Origin: a virus
Taxonomy: Duplodnaviria; Caudoviricetes
DNA length: 64,000 nucleotides
Reading direction: 5' to 3' (one strand)
IMG/VR virus record: IMGVR_UViG_3300032007_004013
Span: 1-64,000 of that record
Shown here piece by piece: positions 35,901 through 44,671 of the stretch; position 1 is the stretch's first letter; each line of letters begins with the position of its first letter. The notes under the pieces were generated by a model that saw nothing but the letters and a program-made list of their open reading frames with translations, had not been told where the DNA came from and did no database searches. A program made the position numbers and the translations under genes.

Positions 35901-36109
35901 TCCTGTATCTTCTTGATAACGTAATCGTTATCCTCGTACTCTACAACTGTTTCTTCTGAAAGATTGCGGTATTCCGGGAACTCTGTATCGACGTAGAAGG
36001 TCAGCTCGTCTTCGCCGTTCTGCTTGTGCTTGATATACCAATCCGAGCTACTCAAGGAGCCTGTGAGTGGGACGTTTCCGTTTTCGGAAACATAACTTAA
36101 TATCGCCAT
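32969..36109 (-). CDS. Tail spike/baseplate hub (Tal-like) with C-terminal intramolecular chaperone (S74-like)
   Basis: Follows Dit; TDLITVIYPKGKDG, PNRTYECDVINL prophage-tail pattern; SDIRIKQNI...GIIAQQL...YAIKAIQEL. Confidence 0.85.
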   Translation of the reverse strand: MAILSYVSENGNVPLTGSLSSSDWYIKHKQNGEDELTFYVDTEFPEYRNLSEETVVEYEDNDYVIKKIQDDKFDAKLNLDFLKSTMHFGSYSTGSKTLTQQLRAILGNEWTIQFFGGSITYRRTVDMEDCTDYDLLNQFMSTYSCYFQWKTLRKTVIVHKKENEEPSGKYLTNELNLKKVKFHGDTTDLITVIYPKGKDGTTIVGASVANDLIDKYGLVEGVHYDSNHKYLLNYVECFEYTEKRMATVWSDERYTVKENLLADALAKVFDSGYPNRTYECDVINLAKQNPDYAFLDMRMHLVLTLIDNLRGINVDHRVVEYVEYPENHNKDKITLSKVPTNITTSMAKLAQDTENNLSKSITALEAAILRATAAITGNVGGYVVLYDSNNDGYPDEILVMDQPDISTAENVWRWNKVGLAHSSSGYAGPYTLAITAAGEIVADFITVGELDGERIKAGTIEATALSLQYRTALAQQFSDLYDDVQQELTIQNGNLTSMIQGFNTIESESMTLETENFDVYTNWIFSGGSGDNTIDDNGNVKVSMTGSGSYYAIMKIEISDEIKLKFSQPYYFSVTLYATNDCVISPADCRIVSSRNSCRAIPSANIVESVGLNAENKIELVAGESKTVIIKMNLPSNPVGVGLRFDDNEGIDFYITKISLIARSNVKETFSRITQKVGEISSEVVYNDQIGTKVWQDYNSLQIAWNNISQYVAFEGGKLKIYDGTGSSKKLKSTFDYNGSHFFHKDDTKEVGKIGTNNWSGEESYKGLVFDLEANSSYMCWAAKDSSSDSNYGVKLAYYHKSRSGRYKGLYFECDTYANGNLYLDNYYNIAKYNSGGVGYAGSFSFGTRALNNNGGYDYTNKVTFNGSSFTVWANTSVNFHSNINMNGKSINSQSDIRIKQNIAPTQINGLEVLNSIDMKEFEWCGSEEYVPIGIIAQQLEVEAPELVEADNVAGIKSIKTSNLIYYAIKAIQELSSQVEQLQAGTYTGTTYTKAALDLTKEAQWAHHYAGDPVGASGDSEVVSQPISLPAEDSENDNDNSEEEEE

Positions 36110-36119
36110 GCACTACCTC

Positions 36120-36869
36120 CTATGCAAATGTCGGATAATACTCAACGGCAAGTGTCATACTGCCTTGATTCTCGTCGAGCACAAACGTGAATGTGTTCGT
36201 TCCTGCTTTCAGCGCAGGGAACTTGCCGAATGTAGCCTTGTCCTTAAATACGTTCAATCCGTTTCTTGTGACGGTCTTTTTTATGCCGTCAATGACAATC
36301 GGCACATTGGAGCACTCAAGCGTGTACGATTCAGTAACCTGATTTCCGTACCTGTCTATGTAGATGTGGTTGAGGATGTTCGTGCCGTTTCCTGTTACAG
36401 TAAATACAGCATCAGCAAAATCGTTACCTTCAACTTCTATTTCATCGCCGGAAGAAATAGATTCAATCTCAACTTTGTCCTTGTGCCTGAATCCTACGAA
36501 CTTGTATTTAGACGTGTAGATGAAGTCTGCTTCACGCTTAATATTACCAACACCTGCGAGAGTAGAGGTATAGGTGAAACCGTCGGGGAGTTCAAGCTCA
36601 ATCTTGTTATTCAACAAATACTGTGTGAAGTCGGATTGCTTCTCAGCTACTTCGTATTCGTCTTTCCCAAAAAACTCAACTTCAATCGCTATGGTTCTGC
36701 AACTCTTTTTCTCGTTGAGTTTTACAGGGCGAACGCTGTTTTCTAAGCTGAGATAGAGATTGGAAAGCTTGTGAGAACTAACAGATAGATCTATCGGCTC
36801 CGCTCCAAATACGGCGAGGTCGATGCCGTTCAGCTTGATGGATTCAGTTTTCATCACTTCGCCTCCCAA
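36120..36869 (-). CDS. Distal tail protein (Dit)
   Basis: Position after TMP; IVIDGIKKTV...FP.LKAG.N pattern; likely start at 36854. Confidence 0.8.
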   Translation of the reverse strand: MGGEVMKTESIKLNGIDLAVFGAEPIDLSVSSHKLSNLYLSLENSVRPVKLNEKKSCRTIAIEVEFFGKDEYEVAEKQSDFTQYLLNNKIELELPDGFTYTSTLAGVGNIKREADFIYTSKYKFVGFRHKDKVEIESISSGDEIEVEGNDFADAVFTVTGNGTNILNHIYIDRYGNQVTESYTLECSNVPIVIDGIKKTVTRNGLNVFKDKATFGKFPALKAGTNTFTFVLDENQGSMTLAVEYYPTFA

Positions 36870-39800
36870 TCAATCTCTTGTGCAACAACAGGAGCGAGAA
36901 CTCTTCCTACTTTAACATCGTCAAAGTAGACATCTCCCTTTATGACTCTCGGTGCATCATCGTCATAATCACCGTCGTCACCGGGGTATGAGTCATCGCT
37001 TCCTCCTGACGGTTCCGGATTTCCGCTTATCGCATTTGTGTACTTACGTTCTTCTACTACAACATTGTCGAAATCAGATAAGATATCATCGAAATCAATA
37101 TCAGCTGTCTTAAATTCAACTCCTGCTATGCCTTCAGCTACATCTTCCATGGCATTGAGAGCAGCATAACCTTCCTCAGCGATACCTTCTGCAAGACCTA
37201 AAACAAGGTTTTTACCGATCATATCCCTGAATAAGGTAGAGGGAGAGTGAATACCAAAGAAGCCGCAGATGTTATCCCAAAGACCGCCAAAGAATCCGCT
37301 AACTTGGTCCCAAAGCCAGCCGCCGAGGTTTTGGATGCCTTCCCACAATCCTTCAAGCATCCTTCCACCAAGCTCAACCATTCTTCCTACGATCTGACCG
37401 AAGGATTCCATGATCGAGTCGATTATTCTCGGTATGGCTTCTATAATCGCGGCGATTATCTCAGGTGTGTGCTTAACGAGTTCTACGTTAAGCATTATCA
37501 AGCCTTCAATAAGCTGTGGTAACGCTTCAATAAGCCCTGTTATAACTGCATCTATAATATCCGGCAGAGCTTCGATAAGTCCTGTAATGATTTCAGGCAG
37601 ATGTTCTACGATTCCGAGAACAAGCTGAATCAAGCCGAGGATAAGCTGCGGTAAAGCTTCTATAAGCCCTGTTATCACAGCTTCAATGATTTGTGGCAAA
37701 GCTTCAATCAGCGCTACGATAATCTTCGGTATTGCTTCTACAATGCCAAGAACAAGCTGAATAAGCCCTTCTATAAGCACGGGGAGCAAAGATATGATTC
37801 CCGTTATTATAGACGAGATGATGGTCGGCAGGGCTTCTATGATAGACGTGATGATTTGCGGCAACGCCTCTACAATGCCGTTGATAAGCTGAATTACACC
37901 TTCAATTAGTACAGGTATAGCGGCTACTATCGCGTCAACGATGCTTTTTATGATGTCGGGCAGAGCTTCTACTATAGCTGTAATGATTTCAGGTAACGCT
38001 TCTACGAGACCTTCTATCAGTTGAATTACTCCATCTATCAGAACAGGGAGCAATTCAATAATAGCTTCTACGATCGCGCCTATTATCTCAGGCAGTAACT
38101 CTATTAAGGCTTCTAACAGAGCAGGAAGTTCCTCGACAATAGCTTCGATTATTTGAGCAATCGCGTCTATGATTTGCGGCAAGCAGTCTACGATCGCAGT
38201 GACGATGCCTTTTACCAAATCAGGTATAGCGCCGACTATGGCTTTGATTATGTCAGGCAGCGCGTCGAGTATGCCGGAAATCAAGCTAACTACCGCTTGA
38301 ACTATTTTCGGCAAATTGTCGGTTATAGCCTGAACGATCTTTTTGATGATTTCAGGCAGTATATCTACGATCGCATTGACAATATCAGGAAGAACTTCTA
38401 CGATCGCGTTGATAATGGTGGTGATACACTCTATGATGGTTGGTATCATTCCCAATACGCCATCAAGAATCTTGTAAACAAGTTCAGGTAACTTATCTAC
38501 AATAGATTTCACCAAATCAGGTAGAGCGTTTGCAATGGTTATTACGATGACCTCAACAGCCGTTATAAGCTGATCTGCCATCGAGGTAATACCATCAACA
38601 ACAGCACTTATTATTCCCGGAAGAGCTTCTATCAAAGTCGGCAAGGCATCAACAAGCCCTTTTACCAAGCTTTCGATAAGCATGATTCCGTGATTAACAG
38701 CAAGTGGTAAATACTCTGTTACTGCGTTTGCGAGGTTAATCAATCCATTGAACAGGGTGGTGAAAATCTGCTGTGAGTTTTTCGCCAATCCATCGCATAA
38801 AGCGATTATCAGTTTACCGCCAAGTTCTACGAGGTTAGCGGTTATCGACAATATGCCGTCAATGAAGATGGGAATGAGGTTAGATACTGACTCTGCAATG
38901 CTTCCTGCTGATTCAGCAAGTCCTTGAACAAGCGAAGATACAACCTTTACGCCCATTTCGACGAATTTCGGGACGTACTGCACTATCTTGTTGATAGCTT
39001 TTGCGAGAGCACCTCCGAGAGCGTCAGCAAGACCTTCAAATCCTCCGCTCTTTACCGCTTCTCTTAATTCGTCAACGATACTTGTAGCTTCCTGAACGAA
39101 GTCGCGCAACATGCCTACGCCGTCTCCGGCAGCGTTAGCTCCGTTGAGTACGTCATACAGTGCTATTCCGAAACCTTCTGTTGCGGATTTCAGAATCGTG
39201 ATGTCACCCTGAAGGTTGTCCATCATGGTAGCTGCCATATCCTCGGCAGCACCATCGCAGTTTTCGATGGCTCCTCGCAGCTTGTTTATATCTTCAGTGG
39301 AAGCGTTCATCAATGCGTTCCAGCCTGCGAGACCTTGCTGACCTGCAATCGTCTTTGCGTAGTTAGCCTGCTCTTCGTCGCTGAGTTTAGACCATGCGAC
39401 TCTCGCTTCAGAAAGAACGTCGTTAAGGTTTCTAACGCTTCCGTCTGCATTGTAGAATTGAACGCCAAGCTTTTCTGTTAGAACGCCGAGAGCGCCAAGC
39501 TTCGATGATGATGCTCCTGCGTCTGTTGCGAGCCTTGACAAAATCTGACGTAACGTAGTACCAGCCATAGATGACTTGATACCAGCGTTTGCCATCAATC
39601 CTATAGCTTCTGCTGTTTCTTCGATTCCAATGCCCATACTTCCTGCTACAGGCGCAACGTATTTGAAGGTTTCGCCCATCATCGATACGTTGGTGTTCGC
39701 GTTACTTGAAGCTATGGCGAGGACATCGGCAAAATGCGAACAATCTTCGGCTTTTAAGCCAAACGCGGTAATAGCATCAGTTACGATATCAGAGGTCGTA

Positions 39801-40204
39801 GCCAAGTCTTCGCCGGAAGCCGCTGCAAGAGATAGTACGCTATCAATACCTGCAAGCATTTGGGTTGCGTCCCAGCCAGCCATAGCCATGTATTTGAACG
39901 CTTCTGCTGACTCACTTGCTGTAAATTTGGTGGAGGCACCGAGATCTTTTGCTTTTTCTGTAAGTGCATCAAGTTCTTTACCTGTTGCTCCTGAAATAGC
40001 TTCTACCTGAGACATCGCAGCTTCAAAGTCTGAGCCGACCTTTATTGCGTATGTTCCAAGACCAACAAGCGCAGTTCCTGCCGTTGTGACAGCTGTGGAG
40101 ATTCCTTTTATCAGGCTTGTACCTAATTTCGCTAATCCTGTTTTTAGCCCACTTTGGTCTAATTCGGTATCAATAACAACAGAGCCGTCAGCCATATAAA
40201 TCAC
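36854..40204 (-). CDS. Tape measure protein
   Basis: MADGSVVIDT start; TP901-type core (FEAAMSQVEAISGA..ANTNVSMMGETFKYVAP); long 11/22-aa amphipathic repeats. Confidence 0.95.
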   Translation of the reverse strand: MIYMADGSVVIDTELDQSGLKTGLAKLGTSLIKGISTAVTTAGTALVGLGTYAIKVGSDFEAAMSQVEAISGATGKELDALTEKAKDLGASTKFTASESAEAFKYMAMAGWDATQMLAGIDSVLSLAAASGEDLATTSDIVTDAITAFGLKAEDCSHFADVLAIASSNANTNVSMMGETFKYVAPVAGSMGIGIEETAEAIGLMANAGIKSSMAGTTLRQILSRLATDAGASSSKLGALGVLTEKLGVQFYNADGSVRNLNDVLSEARVAWSKLSDEEQANYAKTIAGQQGLAGWNALMNASTEDINKLRGAIENCDGAAEDMAATMMDNLQGDITILKSATEGFGIALYDVLNGANAAGDGVGMLRDFVQEATSIVDELREAVKSGGFEGLADALGGALAKAINKIVQYVPKFVEMGVKVVSSLVQGLAESAGSIAESVSNLIPIFIDGILSITANLVELGGKLIIALCDGLAKNSQQIFTTLFNGLINLANAVTEYLPLAVNHGIMLIESLVKGLVDALPTLIEALPGIISAVVDGITSMADQLITAVEVIVITIANALPDLVKSIVDKLPELVYKILDGVLGMIPTIIECITTIINAIVEVLPDIVNAIVDILPEIIKKIVQAITDNLPKIVQAVVSLISGILDALPDIIKAIVGAIPDLVKGIVTAIVDCLPQIIDAIAQIIEAIVEELPALLEALIELLPEIIGAIVEAIIELLPVLIDGVIQLIEGLVEALPEIITAIVEALPDIIKSIVDAIVAAIPVLIEGVIQLINGIVEALPQIITSIIEALPTIISSIITGIISLLPVLIEGLIQLVLGIVEAIPKIIVALIEALPQIIEAVITGLIEALPQLILGLIQLVLGIVEHLPEIITGLIEALPDIIDAVITGLIEALPQLIEGLIMLNVELVKHTPEIIAAIIEAIPRIIDSIMESFGQIVGRMVELGGRMLEGLWEGIQNLGGWLWDQVSGFFGGLWDNICGFFGIHSPSTLFRDMIGKNLVLGLAEGIAEEGYAALNAMEDVAEGIAGVEFKTADIDFDDILSDFDNVVVEERKYTNAISGNPEPSGGSDDSYPGDDGDYDDDAPRVIKGDVYFDDVKVGRVLAPVVAQEIDWEAK

Positions 40205-40338
40205 TTCCTTTCATGTGTGATTTACACGGCTCAACGGCTCACAGTGTAAAGTTCATAGGCATGTGTTACAAAATTGTCACTTGCCAATTATTCTCGTGAA
40301 TGAGAGAATATAACTATTAAATTTTGGAGGTAGCTACC

Positions 40339-41022
40339 ATGAAAAAAATCTATTCGTCAATCGCATTATTTCTTTCGCTGTGCATTTTCGTGTTCTCGTT
40401 CTGTGCGTGTTCGTCGAAATCAACTTCGGAGAAAGAAAAAACAACAAATATCACGAATCTGAGTTTCTCAACTCTGAAATCGCCTTTAGAACTTGGCGCA
40501 GGTGACACGAGGAAAGGCTGGTTTGGCGTAACAACAACAGGCGACTATGACATTAGCGAGATAGACTTTTATTCGTCGAATCCTGATGTTGCGAAATTTG
40601 AATACGACAAAACTGTTCTCGACAAGAGCGTTTACTATGTCATTACAGGTGTTTCGAGCGGAGAAGCTGTGATTTACGCGCAAACAAAAGATGGAAGTGT
40701 TAAGACAGAGGAAATCAAAGTCACTGTAAAGCAAGAAATCTCTAACCTCAAATTTGCTACACTGACATCTCCATTGGATTTGAAAGTCGGCAAAACGAGA
40801 ACAGGCTACTTTAGCGTAGATGCAGTCGGAAGCTTCTCGATCGACGGCATTGAGTTCTATACATCAGATGCTAACGTAGCGACTTTCGAGTATGACAAGA
40901 CGACGCTTGAAACTTGTATCTACTATACGATAACAGGTGTTTCTGCCGGAGAGTGCGTGATTTACGCAAAGGCTAAATCAGGCGAAGCAAAAACAGATGA
41001 AATCAAAGTTGTCGTTTCGTAA
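40339..41022 (+). CDS. Putative lipoprotein with two Ig-like (Big_2-like) repeats (moron)
   Basis: Only clear plus-strand gene; MKK + hydrophobic stretch + FCAC lipobox; two ~90-aa repeats sharing FY.S....VA.FEYDKT.L...YY.ITGVS.GE.VIYA. Confidence 0.8.
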   Translation: MKKIYSSIALFLSLCIFVFSFCACSSKSTSEKEKTTNITNLSFSTLKSPLELGAGDTRKGWFGVTTTGDYDISEIDFYSSNPDVAKFEYDKTVLDKSVYYVITGVSSGEAVIYAQTKDGSVKTEEIKVTVKQEISNLKFATLTSPLDLKVGKTRTGYFSVDAVGSFSIDGIEFYTSDANVATFEYDKTTLETCIYYTITGVSAGECVIYAKAKSGEAKTDEIKVVVS

Positions 41023-41043
41023 CAACAGCATATCTCAAAATGA

Positions 41044-41070
41044 AGCCATCGTTTGAGGGCTTTTTCTTTA
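41044..41070 (+). terminator. Probable terminator of the lipoprotein gene
   Basis: AAGCC(A)TC-GTTT-GA(G)GGCTT hairpin followed by a T-rich tract. Confidence 0.55.
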
Positions 41071-41204
41071 TCAACGGATAAAGATGAATACTTGAGCGTA
41101 GAATCGCTCTGGTTTTGCTGTATTTTCCGTGTGATGCACGATTAACGATTGATAGTGGAATTTGTTGTTTGAGGTAAAAACAGCCATAAAGCTGAAAATA
41201 AGCG

Positions 41205-41250
41205 AAAAAATAACCGCACCGTGTTTTCCACGATGCGGTCATCCTTTTTT
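41205..41250. terminator. Bidirectional terminator-like hairpin
   Basis: ACCGCA..CGTG/CACG..TGCGGT stem flanked by A6 and T7 tracts, between convergent genes. Confidence 0.65.
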
Positions 41251-41298
41251 TGCTTCAGCAATAACTTATGAACCGCCTTACACATTATTGTTGATGGC

Positions 41299-41481
41299 TT
41301 ATTCAGAGAGTTTTCTTGTCACTTGTTCTCCGTCTTTAATCACAAGTTCAAAGATTCTCTTGCATCCTCTTGTGCATTTGAGATAAACACCATCGCAATT
41401 AGCAGCATTGTCGTAAATGGAGTGCTTTGCACCACAATAAGGGCAGTGAAACCATTTCTGCTCAGTTCCTATTCTTTCCAT
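41299..41481 (-). CDS. small zinc-finger protein (Com-like)
   Basis: 60 aa; CPYCG...LKC.RGCK. Confidence 0.6.
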   Translation of the reverse strand: MERIGTEQKWFHCPYCGAKHSIYDNAANCDGVYLKCTRGCKRIFELVIKDGEQVTRKLSE

Positions 41482-42068
41482 TAAATACCTCCAAACGCAG
41501 CACCTGCAAGTGCTACCTTATCCTCAAAGGTGAGGTTTTGCGGTAAGGCATAGATTTCTTTCATCTTAGCTATTCTGTCGCGCTCTCTCTTGTTTTTGAT
41601 TTCATTGAGATTTGCAGCTCGATATCCCATTATTTCGACGATTTTGCTCCTTTTCTCAAGCCCTACAAACATAGCGTGGAATTTCCACCAATGCAAAAAA
41701 TCGATGTCATTCAGATCTACCCTGTATTGGGCAAGAAAAGCTGCGTAGATATACGGAGCGTCGTAATCATAGTCGTAAATCAGCTTGTTTTTCAGCGCTA
41801 CATTGCCGTTCTTTTTCGTTTTTTTGTCTGGCTTATCGTTATCACCGCAACGATAAACACGCAGTATAGCATCTGTTGCAGCTATGATATCGCTCGGCTT
41901 TTCGTCAGGGAAGAAAAGGTCAATCGATTCAAGCACTTTTCTCCTGCTGCTGCAATTACTTTTCAAGATTTTCTCAAGAATTATGCAGGTCCTGAAATTG
42001 CAATCCATAAAATACTCCCTTCCGCCGATGACCTCGGTTTCAGGGAGTATATCAAGCAATAGATTCAT
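41481..42068 (-). CDS. Gp15-family tail assembly protein (A118 gp15-like)
   Basis: NFRTCI..DYDYDAPYIYAAF..QY.VDL..LHWWKF.AMF.GL. Confidence 0.85.
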   Translation of the reverse strand: MNLLLDILPETEVIGGREYFMDCNFRTCIILEKILKSNCSSRRKVLESIDLFFPDEKPSDIIAATDAILRVYRCGDNDKPDKKTKKNGNVALKNKLIYDYDYDAPYIYAAFLAQYRVDLNDIDFLHWWKFHAMFVGLEKRSKIVEIMGYRAANLNEIKNKRERDRIAKMKEIYALPQNLTFEDKVALAGAAFGGI

Positions 42069-42460
42069 TTCTTTTTGTGCTTCTTGCTTCCGGGATGTTT
42101 GGTCTGCTGCCTGTTGGAATAGCGAGAGAACGTGTTCTTGATTTCGTAGATGCTTGACTTCTGCGATCTCGCAACTTCAAGCAGCGCGTAATACGCAGCG
42201 TAGCATATGGAAATATTGTTCTTTTCCGTGCAGACAGCAACGCCTGCTCCTTTGCCGAAAAGATCGTCAAAGAAATCTTTGAACATCTTGCACTGTGCTC
42301 TGATGATTACAGAGCCTTTGCCTTCCTTCGGAAGGCTGTTTTCAGCTACTCTGAGCTTGTCGATAGCATCCTCGAAGGCTTCCTGCATATCGGCATCTCT
42401 GATGTCGAAGTCATACGTTGCTCCGTTGTGCTCGAACACGGTTTTTACTTCTTGGCTCAT
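42065..42460 (-). CDS. Tail assembly chaperone
   Basis: Position between tail tube and Gp15; FDIRDAD..E.F...QC..FKDFFD.LFG.G. Confidence 0.75.
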   Translation of the reverse strand: MSQEVKTVFEHNGATYDFDIRDADMQEAFEDAIDKLRVAENSLPKEGKGSVIIRAQCKMFKDFFDDLFGKGAGVAVCTEKNNISICYAAYYALLEVARSQKSSIYEIKNTFSRYSNRQQTKHPGSKKHKKK

Positions 42461-42484
42461 TTGCTCATATTCCTTTCGTGGTTA

Positions 42485-43045
42485 TCAGTTTCCGCCGTTT
42501 CCGGGGCTGTTGCTGCTATTACTGTTTGCGTTGCCGCTATCACTGTTTGCGTTGCCGCTCGCGGCAGTATCAGGAACAAACTGCTTTGTGGCGCGGTTGA
42601 AAGTGCCGGGAACGAAATCAGAGCACGCTTTCATAGTGCCTGTATAAATAAGCGCATCGGTGCCATCACCTTTGTTCGAGGGGATAACAGCAAAGGTGCG
42701 CTTTCTTGCTCTGTAGGTGTTTTCGCCTTCTGCGGTCTCCCAAAGGTTTACCGATACGATTTCTCTGCGAGCGTCTGAGCCAACGAGTTCATCGTCGTGG
42801 ATTTTGACGACTTCATTGACAACAGGATCGCCGCTGATTTTGTCGCAGCTGTACGCAATGCTGGGAGAATATCCGATTACGTCGGTTCTCTCAGTTTTGT
42901 CGTGAACGTACTTTCTCGTGTATTCCTTCGAGTTCTTTGATTCAGAGAGCGAAGTAAAACCCTCGCCAATCAGAGCATACTCAGGGGTGCTTTCGGGAAT
43001 CTTCATGTATGACTCCCACTGATAGCGAAAAACAAGGTCTTCCAT
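42485..43045 (-). CDS. Major tail (tube) protein
   Basis: LIGEGFTSLSE..N.KEY.RKYV.D; C-terminal low-complexity SGNANS repeat. Confidence 0.8.
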   Translation of the reverse strand: MEDLVFRYQWESYMKIPESTPEYALIGEGFTSLSESKNSKEYTRKYVHDKTERTDVIGYSPSIAYSCDKISGDPVVNEVVKIHDDELVGSDARREIVSVNLWETAEGENTYRARKRTFAVIPSNKGDGTDALIYTGTMKACSDFVPGTFNRATKQFVPDTAASGNANSDSGNANSNSSNSPGNGGN

Positions 43046-43503
43046 TATACTTTCCTCCTTACTTTGTACTCAAGCGATAAAATCACTTGGTAATCTTCGA
43101 TTCCGTCATCATATCTCATTACGCATGAGGGCGTTGACGTAACCTGTATGCTTGTCGGCTGCTTATAGTCGTCGAGAGCAGGAAGGTGAGCAAAACAACC
43201 TTCTCCATTAAGCTCAGTGAGCCAGTCGGCGAGTTCGTTCAGGCAAGCAACTGCGTCAAGACGCGAAGCTGTATCTGTTCCTGCAACTCTGATATAAACA
43301 GCAAAGTTCCAAACTCCTATATAGGAGCCGTTGACGTATGTTTTTTTCTTTTCAGCTGCCGAAAGCTGCTGAAGCATCATGCTCGGAACATCTTTACCTA
43401 GATCCTCAAGCATGATCTGAACAGGGAGCTTCTCCCATGAGTTAAGATGGTCTCTTACTGCCTTAGCTATCACAACACCATCGTTAGTGAAACTTCTTGA
43501 CAT
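43045..43503 (-). CDS. Tail terminator / minor capsid-3-like protein
   Basis: Position in neck module; YQV.LSLEY C-terminus. Confidence 0.65.
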   Translation of the reverse strand: MSRSFTNDGVVIAKAVRDHLNSWEKLPVQIMLEDLGKDVPSMMLQQLSAAEKKKTYVNGSYIGVWNFAVYIRVAGTDTASRLDAVACLNELADWLTELNGEGCFAHLPALDDYKQPTSIQVTSTPSCVMRYDDGIEDYQVILSLEYKVRRKV

Positions 43504-43505
43504 CG

Positions 43506-43874
43506 TTACCTACCTTTGATGATTCTTCTGACACCTTTGAGCCATTCTTCTTTCTTGGTGGCTTTTGCAGCTTCAAACCATTGGTAACGGGCTTTCGGGT
43601 GCTTTTCTTTTGAGAAGTGGAGATGGAAGCCGTAATACATAGCTCTTGCGTATGGCGCATTGTAAACTACCTTTCCGCTTCCTATCTTGGTGCCAACATT
43701 ACCACTTCTCATAAGGTTTCCTGTTCGCATAGGTACATAGGGTGCGCTATCTCTCAATACCTCGCTATCGAGGAATTTTTGAGCATCGGAGTATTTCTTT
43801 GAGAAACGTCCGATACACGCTTGGGTGTTGATGTGGAAGTGATACTTCATCGTCCAATCACCTCGAAATGCCAC
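43506..43874 (-). CDS. Minor capsid-2-like neck protein
   Basis: YVPMRTG.L..SG...YNAPYARAMYYG...WFE.AK; likely start MKYHF at 43850. Confidence 0.8.
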   Translation of the reverse strand: MAFRGDWTMKYHFHINTQACIGRFSKKYSDAQKFLDSEVLRDSAPYVPMRTGNLMRSGNVGTKIGSGKVVYNAPYARAMYYGFHLHFSKEKHPKARYQWFEAAKATKKEEWLKGVRRIIKGR

Positions 43875-44251
43875 ATGCGTTTTCTACCTGTTTTCTTCCT
43901 GCTGAAGCTGGCGATCTTATACCTGTTGTCGTTTCCAACGATACTGAAGTAGTCTTCTCCTTTATCGGATAAAGTCCACTTTTTGGATTTATCCACTGCA
44001 TATTTCCATTCTTCGTATGGAACGTACTGCAAAGGCGTACCATATTCAGAAACAACTACAGATTTGCTGTCGAAGATGTAGAACTTAACGCTGTCTGATG
44101 GTGCTTTTCCACGGGCAGTGCTGTTTGCGCCTTTGTTAGTAACGCAATAACAGTTATTGATGATAACTTTCTGAAACTGCGCTTCATCGTCAAACTCTCC
44201 GATGTAGAGATATAGCTCTACAGTATCTTTGAGCATAGATAACATTCTCAA
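43847..44251 (-). CDS. Head closure/stopper protein (putative)
   Basis: Position after adaptor; HFEVIG C-terminus. Confidence 0.6.
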   Translation of the reverse strand: MRMLSMLKDTVELYLYIGEFDDEAQFQKVIINNCYCVTNKGANSTARGKAPSDSVKFYIFDSKSVVVSEYGTPLQYVPYEEWKYAVDKSKKWTLSDKGEDYFSIVGNDNRYKIASFSRKKTGRKRMWHFEVIGR

Positions 44252-44661
44252 GTGTCACACCACCTTGAGTAAACCCATCTACGCATAAGACCGAGCCTTT
44301 TGAGCAGCATGATGGTTACAGATGATACAGGCACACCTTCAAAGGTCTGGACTTTGGCTGTGCTTCCTGAGCCGCTTCCTTCTGAAACAGAGTAATCTCC
44401 GAGACTCTCACTTCCGCCAGCCATAGATGCTTCCGAAAAGCCTGTTACAGCGTCTATACCACCTTGCTGATAAAGCATTTCGACCTGATAGGCTACCGCT
44501 TTCTTGAAAGTTTCGTCTATCAGGTCATCTCCTTCAGGTTTGATGATACATACGCCGTAAACTATTTCGGAGGCTATATCGGCAAGCCGATTAAAGAGAG
44601 CATCTTCGATTGCTTCACCTTTGAAAGTGGTGTCGTAGTAGTTCTTGTCGATATAAGCCAT
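44248..44661 (-). CDS. Head-tail adaptor/connector
   Basis: MAYID..YY..F..L...AS...KKAVAYQVE...SESLGDYSVS...L...GL. Confidence 0.8.
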   Translation of the reverse strand: MAYIDKNYYDTTFKGEAIEDALFNRLADIASEIVYGVCIIKPEGDDLIDETFKKAVAYQVEMLYQQGGIDAVTGFSEASMAGGSESLGDYSVSEGSGSGSTAKVQTFEGVPVSSVTIMLLKRLGLMRRWVYSRWCDT

Positions 44662-44671
44662 AGCGTCCTCC

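Noticed and set aside
37300-38800. Periodic repeats as a CRISPR array or tandem-repeat element
   Set aside because: They are degenerate 33/66-bp coding repeats of the tape measure protein, with no constant repeat and unique spacer structure.
42065-42100. Programmed -1 frameshift in the tail assembly chaperone
   Set aside because: Only CAAAAAG is present, not a canonical XXXYYYZ heptamer, and the downstream Gp15-like gene has its own overlapping ATG start.
42494-42560. Short tandem repeat at the end of the tail tube gene as a contingency locus
   Set aside because: The units are 21 bp, in frame, and encode a low-complexity SGNANS tail, so copy-number change would not switch expression.
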